From Gemmatimonadota bacterium (lineage in GTDB: Bacteria > Gemmatimonadota > Gemmatimonadetes > Gemmatimonadales > GWC2-71-9), in contig JAZDCY010000069.1 in NCBI GenBank assembly GCA_036679645.1, forward strand, positions 1 to 61,679: a stretch of 61,679 nt of DNA. The letters run 5' to 3'. Made by a program: the position numbers and the translations under genes. The notes below the pieces were generated by a model. The model worked only from the letters and a program-made list of their open reading frames with translations. It was not told the origin of the DNA and did no database searches. This document shows positions 17,949-27,968 of the stretch, in pieces. Each line of letters begins with the position of its first letter. Position 1 is the stretch's first letter.

Positions 17949-18881
17949 ATGGCCAAGGTAATTGTCGGAATTCACGGACTGGCCAACAAGCCACCACGCC
18001 GTACGCTCCAGCAGTGGTGGAAGGCCGCGATCGTCGAAGGGCTCCGGAAGAACCTGAGTATCCGCCGCCCCCGGCTACACGTTCATCTCGTGTATTGGGC
18101 AGATCTGCTGCACAAGCGCGCGCGACATGAGGACGCAGACTTCGCTTACGATGAGCTCTTCAACACGCAGCCGTACCGGCCCGCCGCGCGGGGGGCCCTT
18201 CGGCGCTATGACGACCGCTGGTACGACCGCCCCATTGCCGATGCACGGGAAGCATTGCACAGTGGACTCGAGTTGCTCAAGACGGAACTCGGACTCGACC
18301 GGGCGGTGGACGAACTACTAGCGAAAAAACTGCGCGATCTCGCGTACTACTGGGATCCGAAGCAAACACTGCGCGATCGGCACGGGCGGCGGGGAACGGC
18401 GCGAGACGTGCTCGACGCCGAGTGCCGGAGCGCGCTGCTGGCCCATGCCGATGACGAGATCCTGCTCGTCGCACACTCCATGGGTTCCATCATCAGCTAC
18501 AATGTCATGCGCGACGTCGGTCACCCAGCCCGCCGCGGCAAACCTCCATTGGCGGTGTCGCACTTCGTGACGATCGGGTCGCCGCTCGGGCTCCAGATGG
18601 TACGCGATTCCACGCGGCGTTCGTGCTGGGACAGGAAGGTCCGCACACCGACCATCGTCACGGAGCGGTGGGTGAATCTTGCTGACCGAAAAGATCCGGT
18701 GGCGTTTGACACGCACCTGCGTGACGACTACGGGTCGAACGACCTTGGCGTGCGGGTCGTCGACGACCTCGTCCTCAACGACTACGTTTCACCAACCCGT
18801 GTTCCCGACCATCACAAATCCTACGGCTACCTGCGGACGCCCGAGATGTCCGACCTCATCGCCTCGTTCCTGAGCCAATAG
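17949..18881 (+). CDS. alpha/beta hydrolase
   Basis: IHG, AHSMG nucleophile elbow, TIGSPL, DPVA, HKSYGYL. Confidence 0.85.
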   Translation: MAKVIVGIHGLANKPPRRTLQQWWKAAIVEGLRKNLSIRRPRLHVHLVYWADLLHKRARHEDADFAYDELFNTQPYRPAARGALRRYDDRWYDRPIADAREALHSGLELLKTELGLDRAVDELLAKKLRDLAYYWDPKQTLRDRHGRRGTARDVLDAECRSALLAHADDEILLVAHSMGSIISYNVMRDVGHPARRGKPPLAVSHFVTIGSPLGLQMVRDSTRRSCWDRKVRTPTIVTERWVNLADRKDPVAFDTHLRDDYGSNDLGVRVVDDLVLNDYVSPTRVPDHHKSYGYLRTPEMSDLIASFLSQ

Positions 18882-18898
18882 TTCCCGGGATACGCGGC

Positions 18899-20350
18899 AT
18901 GCCGAGCAAGCCAATCGACTACGCACCGCGGCCCTTGCGGGTACCTGACCGGCGTGTGCGTCTGCGCCTCGACAACCCGCCAGTCCCTCAGGTGAAAGCG
19001 GCGTTCAACCGGCTCTTTCGCCGCGGGGATTATTCTGCGTTTCACGATGGACAGGAAATCCCGTGGCCTCGGTATACCACCGATACCGGAAACGGATTTG
19101 GCAAGGACAACCACTTCCAGGGCGTGCAGCGCCTGGGCCGCGGCGCGCATCTCGTGGTCTCGGGTAGCGATCCCCACCGTCCCCGGTGCTCTCACGTCTT
19201 CATCGTTTGTCTAGCGTCTCGCGCCGCCCGCGGTCCCTGGGGCTCGAATCTCCGCTTACGGTATCGGCCGCCGGAACGGGACAAGATCGTGCGAACGATC
19301 GGTATCTCGAGAAAGTACTGGCACGCCGGGGGGCTGAGCGTGTGCGGCGACATCATGGCGTTGGGGGTCGAGGGCAAGAAACGGTCCGATGGGTCACGTG
19401 TCCTCTTCTACAGCATGAGTGATCCCGAGAACCTGCGACAGTTTGCCCACAAGATCATCCGCGAGAGAAAGAAGGCCGGCGCAGTGGCTCTCACGCGGCT
19501 GGAGAACGGTTTCCTTCTCGTCGCCGTACTCACGCGTAAGACGATCGATTTCTACCTCTCTCGAACAGTCGATTTCTTCGATGGATTCAGCCCGACGTCG
19601 GTGACATGGAGAACGGCGGCATTGCAGTTTGGGCGGAGTGGGGACGAGAACTTTGGCGAGTATCAGACGATCAACTTCGTGACTCAGAGCGATGGACGCC
19701 TCTTTCTAGTGGGTCTGCACAACACCTCACGCGCGGCGCCAGTCGTACCCGGGCGGGATTACGTGGACCTGTTCAGCGTATCCCTTCCACGCAGCGTGAC
19801 GCGGGCTACGCCGGTGCTCGACGCGCCCACCATCACGAAGGTTGGCAAGCGGCAGTTCTTCTGTCACGACGGGCAGTGCAACATGGATGGGGCTGCCGGG
19901 CTGCACGTGACACGATCGGGCGAACTGGTCATCTATTCGACGTTTCACTGGCGTATGGATGGGGTGGTACGCTTCACCGAGTTCCGCGAGGAGACGCCGT
20001 CGAACGCCGTGGCTGTTGCGACGCCGGGCGAGGGATGGGTCGATCTCTTCGAGCACACGCGGTTCGCGGGCCGCCGCCTCAGCCTCATCGGCGAGCATGA
20101 CTCGACGATTCCTCACTACGGGAAGATCTCGGTGCAAGGAGCAGCGTTCGACGATCTCATCTCGTCCGCTCGCTGGCAGCTACCGAAAGGGACGGAGTAC
20201 GTGATGTACGAGCACCGTGACTACGAAGGGCGCAGGCTGACCTTACGTGGCACTGGTCGGGTCGAGGAGATCCGTAATCTCGGTAGGGCCAAGATCGGCT
20301 CGCGGACGCTCGATTTCAACGATAGGGTCTCGTCTTCGCGCTACGAATAG
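18899..20350 (+). CDS. putative beta-propeller protein with C-terminal beta/gamma-crystallin-like domain
   Basis: Two crystallin-like repeats: LFEHTRFAGR..FDDLISS and MYEHRDYEGR..FNDRVSS; beta-rich N-region. Confidence 0.65.
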   Translation: MPSKPIDYAPRPLRVPDRRVRLRLDNPPVPQVKAAFNRLFRRGDYSAFHDGQEIPWPRYTTDTGNGFGKDNHFQGVQRLGRGAHLVVSGSDPHRPRCSHVFIVCLASRAARGPWGSNLRLRYRPPERDKIVRTIGISRKYWHAGGLSVCGDIMALGVEGKKRSDGSRVLFYSMSDPENLRQFAHKIIRERKKAGAVALTRLENGFLLVAVLTRKTIDFYLSRTVDFFDGFSPTSVTWRTAALQFGRSGDENFGEYQTINFVTQSDGRLFLVGLHNTSRAAPVVPGRDYVDLFSVSLPRSVTRATPVLDAPTITKVGKRQFFCHDGQCNMDGAAGLHVTRSGELVIYSTFHWRMDGVVRFTEFREETPSNAVAVATPGEGWVDLFEHTRFAGRRLSLIGEHDSTIPHYGKISVQGAAFDDLISSARWQLPKGTEYVMYEHRDYEGRRLTLRGTGRVEEIRNLGRAKIGSRTLDFNDRVSSSRYE

Positions 20351-20406
20351 AGCTGCCGACGACGACATGCGGTTGGCGTTTCCGGTGTGTGGACGGCATC
20401 ACACGA

Positions 20407-20437
20407 GACCAAACCCCGGGCGTCAGCCCGGGGTTCA
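20407..20437. repeat. single REP copy of the array palindrome between convergent genes
   Basis: Reverse complement TGAACCCCGGGCTGACGCCCGGGGTTTGGTC matches the 15461-15921 array. Confidence 0.85.
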
Positions 20438-20443
20438 CGAGGT

Positions 20444-22012
20444 TCACTCGATCGGTGGCGTCGTCGCGGGAGGCCGGCGGTGCCTGGTGACGGCCTCGAA
20501 CCCCGACGCGATCGCAATCAACGTCGGCTCCGACCAGGCGTCACCCAGGATCTGCAATCCGACCGGTAGTCCGTCCCGCACGTATCCCATCGGCACGGTG
20601 AACGCGGGGAACCCAGTGTGCGGTGCGAGGTCCTGGCTGTTGTCGCCGTGCGGCGATGTCAGGTCCCCAATCAGACGGGGTGGATTGCTCCACGTGGGGT
20701 AGACGATCGCGTCGAGTCGGTTCTCCTGCATGACGCGGCGCACCCCCACCCGCAATCGTTCCTGGTTCTCGCGCGCCGTCTGACAACCGGGGTGTTCGTC
20801 CGGTCCCTCCTCGATGCCCTGGAAGAACTGCATCGACGACCGGATGTACGGATGAAACCGACCTGACTGCACGATCTCGTCCAGCGTAGTGTACGGCGCG
20901 TCCGGTCCGAGGCTCGCCAGGTAGTTCTCGAGATCGTATTTGAACCGGGGGCACCACCGCTGCCCCAGCGGGATGTCGGCCTGTTCCTGGAGGAAAACGG
21001 AATCGACGATCACTGCACCTGCCGCGCGCATCGCGACGATTGCGTCGCGGAAGCGGTCCAGCACCTCGGTGTCGGCGCTCCGCCTGTCGGCCACCTGCCA
21101 TGACACGCCGATTCGCTTTCCGCGCAGTCCATCGGTATCGAGATAGTCCAGGTACCGCACTGCCCGCCGCGTGCGCGCGCTCTCGGTTACCGGGTCGGCG
21201 GGATCGTACCCCGCGATGACGTCGAACACGGCGACCGCGTCCGCGACCGTCCTCGCAAGCGGGCCGCCGATATCGCGATCCAGATAGAGCGGTATGATCC
21301 CGTCACGACTCGTGAGTCCCATCGTGGAGCGCATGCCTACGAGCGCGTTGTGGGAGGAAGGGCCGCGTATGGAGTTCCCCGTGTCGGTACCCAGGCCGGC
21401 GGTGCCGAAGCTCGCGGCTACCGCGGCGGCGGTTCCACCGCTCGATCCCGCTGGGACGCGGTCCAACGCGTACGGGTTCTTAGTGTGCCCCGGCAGTGCC
21501 GAGCCCACGGTCTCGTAGGGCGAGAACGCGAACTCGGCCATGTTCGACTTGGCGAGCACGATGGCGCCCGCCTGCCGTAACCGTTGTACCTGAAAAGCGT
21601 CGTCGGGTGGGCGAGATTCCCGCAGCGACGCGGAGCCCGCGGATGTCGGGAGGTCGCCGGTATCGTAGTTGTCTTTCACGATCACCGGGATGCCGTGGAG
21701 TGGGCCCGTCAGGCTGCCGGTACGCCTGAAAGCGGCATCGAGTTGATCGGCACGGGCAAGCGCGTTCGGGTTGATCGTTATGAGCGCGTTGATGGCCGGG
21801 CCCTGTTTGTCATAGGCCGCGATTCGCGCAAGGTAGTGCTCGACGAGCTGCCGTGCCGTGAGCTGTCCGGCTACCATCGCATCGTGAATCTCGGCAATGG
21901 TCGCCTCCTCGATCGTCAACTGATGCGCTTGGTGAACCGGTGTCTGGCAGTGCGCGACCATGGGCACTCCGGTTCCGAGTGTCACGAACAACGCGGTGGC
22001 GAGCTTTTTCAT
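20444..22012 (-). CDS. secreted amidase-signature family protein
   Basis: Signal MKKLATALF; HGIPVIVKDN, GSSGG, GTDTGNSIR. Confidence 0.93.
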   Translation of the reverse strand: MKKLATALFVTLGTGVPMVAHCQTPVHQAHQLTIEEATIAEIHDAMVAGQLTARQLVEHYLARIAAYDKQGPAINALITINPNALARADQLDAAFRRTGSLTGPLHGIPVIVKDNYDTGDLPTSAGSASLRESRPPDDAFQVQRLRQAGAIVLAKSNMAEFAFSPYETVGSALPGHTKNPYALDRVPAGSSGGTAAAVAASFGTAGLGTDTGNSIRGPSSHNALVGMRSTMGLTSRDGIIPLYLDRDIGGPLARTVADAVAVFDVIAGYDPADPVTESARTRRAVRYLDYLDTDGLRGKRIGVSWQVADRRSADTEVLDRFRDAIVAMRAAGAVIVDSVFLQEQADIPLGQRWCPRFKYDLENYLASLGPDAPYTTLDEIVQSGRFHPYIRSSMQFFQGIEEGPDEHPGCQTARENQERLRVGVRRVMQENRLDAIVYPTWSNPPRLIGDLTSPHGDNSQDLAPHTGFPAFTVPMGYVRDGLPVGLQILGDAWSEPTLIAIASGFEAVTRHRRPPATTPPIE

Positions 22013-22187
22013 CCCGATAGGATGGTCGCCGAGTCCGGCACGTGCAATGCCCCCGCCTGATGGCCGTGGTCTTCGGGCGTGTCTTTCCCTAGCAGGATGG
22101 GAGCGCTGGGCGGTGGTGGGGTATGACGGGAAGGTGTCAGAGACTCGTCCGCTGGCACGTTGCCTGGACGGAAGGGAGGGCCACGGC

Positions 22188-24704
22188 TTGGGAGCGGTTC
22201 TGAGGCGATCGACGGTCATTCTCGGGTTGATGGGTGCGGTGACGCCGGCGGGTGCGCAGGAGATGCCACCCGATTCCGCGCCGCGCGGCGAGGTACTCGG
22301 CACCGTGCTAGATGCGGCGTCGGGCGCGCCCCTGCGCGGTGCCATCGTGCTTCTGGAGCCCGCGCCGGGCGGGGCCGTGGCACCGGTCGCCGCACGATCG
22401 CCGTTCTGGGCGACCGGCCTCACCGCGACCACTAATACGTCGGGCACGTACCGGTTCACCCGCATCCTGCCGGGGACGTATCGGCTGATCGTCCGTCGAC
22501 TCGGATACCACCCCTCGGTCCTTGCCCTCGAGCTTCGCCGCGCCGTGGCGCTGCGGGTATCGGTCGGATTGACGGTGCACCCTATTCTCCTCGAGGCCGA
22601 AGAGGTCGTCGCTCCCGCCACGCTCTTTGCCAGCGCCTCGACGCTAGTCGAGCGCGGCGATCGGTACCGCCTCGATACCGAACTCTACCGCCAGCGGACG
22701 TTCGTCGAGAGCGACGTGCACGTGTTGACCTACGCCGATGTAGCCGATGCCGTGACGCTCGGTGAGACCGATCTCTTTCGCGCACTGCACCGTCTGCCGG
22801 GGGTGACGACACGCGACGACTTCACGGCCGAGTTGTGGACGCGCGGCGCGCCATGGAGCCACACGCGGATCTACTTCGACGGGCTCCCGCTCTTCAACCC
22901 GCTGCACACCGCGGGTGTGTTCTCCGGCATCAACCCCGACGCGGTGGGCGCCGCGTTCTTCTACACGGGGACCCGCAGCGTCGCACTTGGTGAGGGGGCG
23001 GCGGGGATCATAGATCTCTCGTCGCGTACGGGTTCAGGACAGGGGCTTGGTGGTGCGGCAGAACTCTCGATGGTGAGTGGACGCCTCGCGCTCGACGGCG
23101 GTTTTGGAGGGAGCCGCGGAGGTTGGATGCTCGCCGCCCGCCGGTCGTACGTCGATCTGCTGACGTCGGCCTTTGCCGATTCCGCCGGTCAGATCCCGTA
23201 CGGCTTTCTCGACCTCACGGGTCGCGCCGACATTTCGGTAGGCGAGACGAGTACGCTCGAGCTTTCCGGAATGTGGGCCCGGGACGACGTCCGGGGCTCA
23301 GTGCGCAACCTGCTGCGCGAAAACCAGGGCCATTGGGGCAATGCGGTGGCGCGCGCCACGCTCGCGGCACCCCTGGGTGGTCTCTACACCCGGCACACGA
23401 TTGGGGTGAGCCGCTACGCCGCGCGGATCGGGCCAGAGAGAGCCGACGCCGGGCGTTTGGCAACCTTCGACTTCGCCGCGCAGCAGGAGATCGCGGTCAG
23501 TTACCTGCCAACGGACAATGCAATCACGTACGTCACGTACCGGTCGCGGTTCGAGCCGGCGTCTGGGTCCGCGGCGTGGGCGGCCGGCATGGATGTGAGC
23601 CTGCAGGATCAGCGGTACGACGGTCCCGTGCCGCGCCCGTATCCGGTGGCGTTTCGCGTGGACTCGCTCCTGCTCAGTGATCGGCGCGGTCACCTGGCGG
23701 TGTGGGGCGAGCGCCGGCTGGTGCGAGGGCCGCTTGCGGTAGAGGGCGGCGTGCGCGCGGAGATAACGGGCCGCGTCGCCAACGTGGGGCGCGTGGCGCT
23801 CGCACCGCGGATCAGCGCACGATACGCGGCGTCACCGCGCGCGGCCATCACGGTCGGGGCAGGGCGCTCGTATCAGTATGCGCAGGCAATTGCGCCTGCC
23901 GGCCCCGGGGTCGGTCCGGAACTCCACCTGACGGAGGTCTGGGCCACCGCGAACGATACGCTGCCGGCGGTGCGGTCAGACATCGTGACGTTGGGCGGCG
24001 AGGGATGGCTCGGCGACGGATGGCTCGGTGCGGTGAACCTGTATGCCCGTCGCGCCACCGGTGTCACGGTGCCATACCCGTTTCCCGGGCCCGCCGACAC
24101 GCGGCGCCCCCGCCCGGTGTATGCCGTAGCGACCAATCGTGCCCTGGGCGTCGAGGTATCGCTGCGACATCTCGTGGGGCGCATCACGGGCTCGCTGAGC
24201 TATAGCCATGGCTCGTCTCGGCTCACGGTTGGGACGTTGTCGTATCCTGCCCCGACTGAGCGTCGCCACGCGTTCGATCTCACGGGGATGATCCGCACGA
24301 GCGCTACGTTGCGGTTCGGGGCCGCGGTTACGGTGGCGAGCGGCGCCCCGTTCTCCCGGTATTTCGTGGCTGTGTTGCCGTGTAATGCGCTGACGCAGCC
24401 ATGTCCCGATACGGTGGTACTCGGGACGACCCGCATCGAGGCGCCGGGGCAGGGGCGCGCGCCCACCTACGTGGCCGTCGACGTTCTCGCCGACTGGACG
24501 CGCGTGTTTTCCGGCTGGTCGCTCGGTGTCTTCGTCCAGTTGCGGAACGCGATTGACCGGCGAGGTGCCGTGACGTACGCGGGATCGTACGACGCCTGTC
24601 CGGTCGGTGCAGACGATACTCGGGTACCCCGACCGGGCGTATGCGATGTGTTCGATCGCGGGTTGCCGTTTTTGCCGTTGGTAGGGCTGAGTGTCCGGTT
24701 CTGA
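22188..24704 (+). CDS. TonB-dependent receptor with carboxypeptidase-regulatory-like N-domain
   Basis: GTVLDAASGAPL, plug (LPGV..RGA..YFDG..NPLH), terminal F; GGGAGG RBS before TTG 22188. Confidence 0.85.
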   Translation: MGAVLRRSTVILGLMGAVTPAGAQEMPPDSAPRGEVLGTVLDAASGAPLRGAIVLLEPAPGGAVAPVAARSPFWATGLTATTNTSGTYRFTRILPGTYRLIVRRLGYHPSVLALELRRAVALRVSVGLTVHPILLEAEEVVAPATLFASASTLVERGDRYRLDTELYRQRTFVESDVHVLTYADVADAVTLGETDLFRALHRLPGVTTRDDFTAELWTRGAPWSHTRIYFDGLPLFNPLHTAGVFSGINPDAVGAAFFYTGTRSVALGEGAAGIIDLSSRTGSGQGLGGAAELSMVSGRLALDGGFGGSRGGWMLAARRSYVDLLTSAFADSAGQIPYGFLDLTGRADISVGETSTLELSGMWARDDVRGSVRNLLRENQGHWGNAVARATLAAPLGGLYTRHTIGVSRYAARIGPERADAGRLATFDFAAQQEIAVSYLPTDNAITYVTYRSRFEPASGSAAWAAGMDVSLQDQRYDGPVPRPYPVAFRVDSLLLSDRRGHLAVWGERRLVRGPLAVEGGVRAEITGRVANVGRVALAPRISARYAASPRAAITVGAGRSYQYAQAIAPAGPGVGPELHLTEVWATANDTLPAVRSDIVTLGGEGWLGDGWLGAVNLYARRATGVTVPYPFPGPADTRRPRPVYAVATNRALGVEVSLRHLVGRITGSLSYSHGSSRLTVGTLSYPAPTERRHAFDLTGMIRTSATLRFGAAVTVASGAPFSRYFVAVLPCNALTQPCPDTVVLGTTRIEAPGQGRAPTYVAVDVLADWTRVFSGWSLGVFVQLRNAIDRRGAVTYAGSYDACPVGADDTRVPRPGVCDVFDRGLPFLPLVGLSVRF

Positions 24705-25203
24705 CGCCGGGGTCGCCGAGCTTTTTCACCGGTACCGCGACGACCTGTTTCGGTACGTTGTGCGGTTCACGGGCGATCCCGATCTCGCGGACGATGTCGT
24801 GCAGGACACGTTCGTCCGTTTGACGGAGCGACCGCCGCCGGACCGCGCCGGGCTCAGGGGATGGCTCTTTACCGTCGCCACCAACCTCGCGCGGGATGCC
24901 GGCCGCACCGCGCATCGGCGCCTCAGGCTGCTTTCGAGCGCGCGCTATCGGCTGCCGCACGGCCAGCATCCTCCGAGCCCCGCCGTAGAGGCGGAACGCG
25001 CCGACGTGCGGCGACGCGTGCGCGCGGCGTTGGATAAACTGAGCGATCGCGAACGGACGATTCTGCTGATGCGGGAAGAGGGCTTCTCGCACCGAGAGAT
25101 TGCTGAGGCGGTCGGTAGCACGACGAAGTCGATTGGGACAATGATCGCGCGCGCGCTCAACAAGATGGCGCGCGCGCTGGAACCGGAACGTGAGGAATGC
25201 TGA
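24691..25203 (+). CDS. ECF RNA polymerase sigma factor
   Basis: DDVVQDTF, WLFTVATN, EGFSHREIAE. Confidence 0.93.
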   Translation: MSGSDAGVAELFHRYRDDLFRYVVRFTGDPDLADDVVQDTFVRLTERPPPDRAGLRGWLFTVATNLARDAGRTAHRRLRLLSSARYRLPHGQHPPSPAVEAERADVRRRVRAALDKLSDRERTILLMREEGFSHREIAEAVGSTTKSIGTMIARALNKMARALEPEREEC

Positions 25204-25946
25204 TGCATGTAGACGATTCTCTGCTGGTGCGACTGCTGGATGGCGAGACGGACCAGACCGAGCGCCGGGACCTCGAGAACCACCTCGACGCGTGCGCACC
25301 ATGTATGGAGCGACTCGACGCGTTGCGTGGAGACGCGGAACTCGTGCACGAGGCCCTACGCGTATGGGATGAGGGTGTGACGCGCCGTCGCGGGCGCCTC
25401 CCGACGTGGTTCAGGGCCGCGGCGTCGATCGTTCTGTTGTTTGGCGTCGCAGGCGCGGTGCAACCGGTTCGCGCGTGGATCGTAGACGGCGCGCAGGCCA
25501 TCTGGTCGGTGCTTGCGGGGGACGCACCCATCGCGCAGTCCCCGACGCCCGATGGGCGCGCCGGGCAGTCGCCGGCGGTCGTCTCGTTCGTGCCACGTGA
25601 CGTCGTGTTTACGCTCGAGGTCGCCGCGCGCCAGTCCGGCGGGACGCTGTTGATCGAGACGGTGGATCGCTCGACGGCGGAGGCAGAGATTTTTGACGGA
25701 GCAGGCGGTGAAGACCTGCTGGTGCTCCCCGCAGGGTTGCGGATCGTCAACGACCCGAGTTCACGTGCGCGCTACGTAGTGCGGCTCCCACGATCGCTCG
25801 CCATGGTTCGCGTGACGGTGGCGGGCGAGTCCACTCTGGCCCTCGAGCCCGCAGGCGTGACTTCTCGCTGGGAGATCGACCTGGCACCGCTCAACGAATC
25901 CACCGGGGTGGACACGGTCCGGGAACAAACGTCTCCCAAGAAGTGA
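25197..25946 (+). CDS. zf-HC2 anti-sigma factor
   Basis: HLDACAPC followed by a TM segment. Confidence 0.88.
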   Translation: MLMHVDDSLLVRLLDGETDQTERRDLENHLDACAPCMERLDALRGDAELVHEALRVWDEGVTRRRGRLPTWFRAAASIVLLFGVAGAVQPVRAWIVDGAQAIWSVLAGDAPIAQSPTPDGRAGQSPAVVSFVPRDVVFTLEVAARQSGGTLLIETVDRSTAEAEIFDGAGGEDLLVLPAGLRIVNDPSSRARYVVRLPRSLAMVRVTVAGESTLALEPAGVTSRWEIDLAPLNESTGVDTVREQTSPKK

Positions 25947-25955
25947 CATAGACTC

Positions 25956-26543
25956 ATGAGCTGGCATCGTGATGGACTGCCCGTGCTGCTGGTCGCGCTG
26001 GCCGCGAGCGCGTACGGAGAGAGCGACCCCGGCGACCCGCTGATCCCTGTGGACACACTCCCAACGACGCTGGGACGTACAAGCGTGTTGCTGACGGACT
26101 CGCCCTTCCCCTTCGATGCGGTGCAACGCGTCGAGGTGTACATCGAGAGTATTGCCGCATCGGCAAGTGCGGATACGGCGGGTGACGTGACCACCGGATG
26201 GGTCACGGTTGCGGAACCGGCGGCGCGATTCGACTTGCTCCAGCTGCAACGCGGCACAACCGCGCTGCTGGGGGAGGGAGACCTCCCTGCGGGAGCGTAC
26301 CGGGCCGTTCGAATGGTGGTGAACACCGATTCCTCGTGGTTGACATACAACGACGGGACACGGGCCGACGTCCAGTGGCAGGTTGCCGGTTCATTTCAGT
26401 TGAACGCGCTCGTCGAGGCCCCCATAGATGTGCCCGATTCCGGCGCTCAGATCGTGATCGACTTCGACGTGGGCCGGAGTTTCGTGCGGTTGAATGACCG
26501 GGGCGTTGGTGTGGTTGCCGATACGGTGAGCGGAGCGAGGTAG
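25956..26543 (+). CDS. DUF4382-like protein, possibly truncated
   Basis: LLTDSP, FDLLQL, LPAGAY..RM, IDFDVGRSF; lipobox Cys appears replaced by Tyr. Confidence 0.7.
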   Translation: MSWHRDGLPVLLVALAASAYGESDPGDPLIPVDTLPTTLGRTSVLLTDSPFPFDAVQRVEVYIESIAASASADTAGDVTTGWVTVAEPAARFDLLQLQRGTTALLGEGDLPAGAYRAVRMVVNTDSSWLTYNDGTRADVQWQVAGSFQLNALVEAPIDVPDSGAQIVIDFDVGRSFVRLNDRGVGVVADTVSGAR

Positions 26544-26578
26544 TAGGTTTCTCCAACCAGGAACCTCAAGGACCCCCC

Positions 26579-27013
26579 ATGTCGGACATCACTGAGACGC
26601 CTGTCGAGGGCCACGACGGCATCGCCGTCGTCCGCGGCAGCGGTATGTGTCGTGGTTGGAACGGGATCATGTACAAGACGGGCATGCACGCGGGCAACGT
26701 CGAGAGCACGCACCTCTCGATGAACGTGGCGCAGATCCCTCCGGGCGGCGTGGCGCGCGCACATATTCACAACGGTTTCGAAGTGATGCTCTACATCCTC
26801 GAAGGCCGGGTCCGCCACGAGTATGGCCCGGGGCTGCGCGAGACTGTGGAGAACGTGGCCGGAGATTTCATCTACATCGAGCCGGGTGTCCCCCATGAGG
26901 TATTCAACGTGAGCGACACGGAGCCCGTGGTCGCGGTCGTGGCCCGCTCCGATGCGTCCGAGTGGGAGAACATAATCCCGTATCAGCGTGAAGCCGGGAG
27001 CCCGAAGCCGTGA
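26579..27013 (+). CDS. cupin domain protein
   Basis: AHIH...E..YILEG, GDFIYIEPGVPH. Confidence 0.9.
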   Translation: MSDITETPVEGHDGIAVVRGSGMCRGWNGIMYKTGMHAGNVESTHLSMNVAQIPPGGVARAHIHNGFEVMLYILEGRVRHEYGPGLRETVENVAGDFIYIEPGVPHEVFNVSDTEPVVAVVARSDASEWENIIPYQREAGSPKP

Positions 27014-27885
27014 GCTGTAGTTGCCGAACGGTTGGCCGGAAGCCGTGGGCCGTATCACCCGGCCGTATCGCGTACCTGGCTCTCGCGGTCGCCTGTGCAG
27101 CATGCGCAGGCGATGCTGCCCAGCGCCGCGGACCGCGCGTCGGCGGGGTCGTCACGTACCGCCATGAGATTGCAATGCCGCCCGCGGCGAGACTCGTCGT
27201 GGCGCTCGCCGATGTCACGCCGAGTGAAGCAGTCATCCTGGTAGAGGACACGCTTGCCGATCTCGGAGCGAGTCCCATTGCCTTCGATCTCGCATACGAC
27301 TCGAGCACCATCGATACGAGTCACGTCTACGCGATCGCGGCACGCATCGTCGTGGACGGCGATGTGCTTTTCGCGAGTCCGGTTAGTCACGAGGTGATCA
27401 CCCAGGGCAATCCGCGGCGAGTGGAGATTCCCATCGAGCCCGCGAGTCTCATGGGACCGCTTCCACGCCGCGCGGCGGACATTGCGGCGCGGTTGCCGAC
27501 GCTCCACCGTATCGACGGGTCCTGGCAGGACGGCGATGCGGCCTCCGCGATTAGCGCCTACTTCGAGGATGGTGTGCTGCGTTACCTCGAGGAACGGATG
27601 ACGATTGGCCAGTACGGATCCGCCGTCAACGCCTACTACTTCGAAGAGGGCGCACTCTTCTACCACGAGACGATCAAGCGGGTCCGGTCGGCGGGACAAC
27701 CTACCGAGGCCGGTGACGAGGTCGCGTTCCGCGTGCTCTTTGGTCCGGACGGCGTGCCTGCCGCCTCCTCGCAGTGGATCAACGGTGAAGCGGTCGAGTT
27801 GGACGATGCAGAACTCCAGACAGCCCTGCGCCACGCCGTGGTGATTCGAGAGGCGGCCCTCCGGCTGGCCGCCGAGCGGTCCTAA
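27010..27885 (+). CDS. YbaY/YscW-family lipoprotein with extra C-terminal domain
   Basis: Lipobox-like CAAC; GVVTYRHEIAMPP..ADV..PIAFDLAYD..YAIAARI. Confidence 0.8.
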   Translation: MSCSCRTVGRKPWAVSPGRIAYLALAVACAACAGDAAQRRGPRVGGVVTYRHEIAMPPAARLVVALADVTPSEAVILVEDTLADLGASPIAFDLAYDSSTIDTSHVYAIAARIVVDGDVLFASPVSHEVITQGNPRRVEIPIEPASLMGPLPRRAADIAARLPTLHRIDGSWQDGDAASAISAYFEDGVLRYLEERMTIGQYGSAVNAYYFEEGALFYHETIKRVRSAGQPTEAGDEVAFRVLFGPDGVPAASSQWINGEAVELDDAELQTALRHAVVIREAALRLAAERS

Positions 27886-27968
27886 GCGCCCGCGCAGTCG
27901 TTGACGTCGCCCGTCCTACGGGCAGATTCCCCGCACACGCCAACCTACCATCGATCAGGAGCCACCTT

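Noticed and set aside
22013..22621. Long N-terminal extensions of the amidase, TonB receptor, ispE, prs, MBL (36724-37008) and Omp85 ORFs
   Set aside because: They overlap neighbouring genes; internal starts with an RBS or signal peptide fit better
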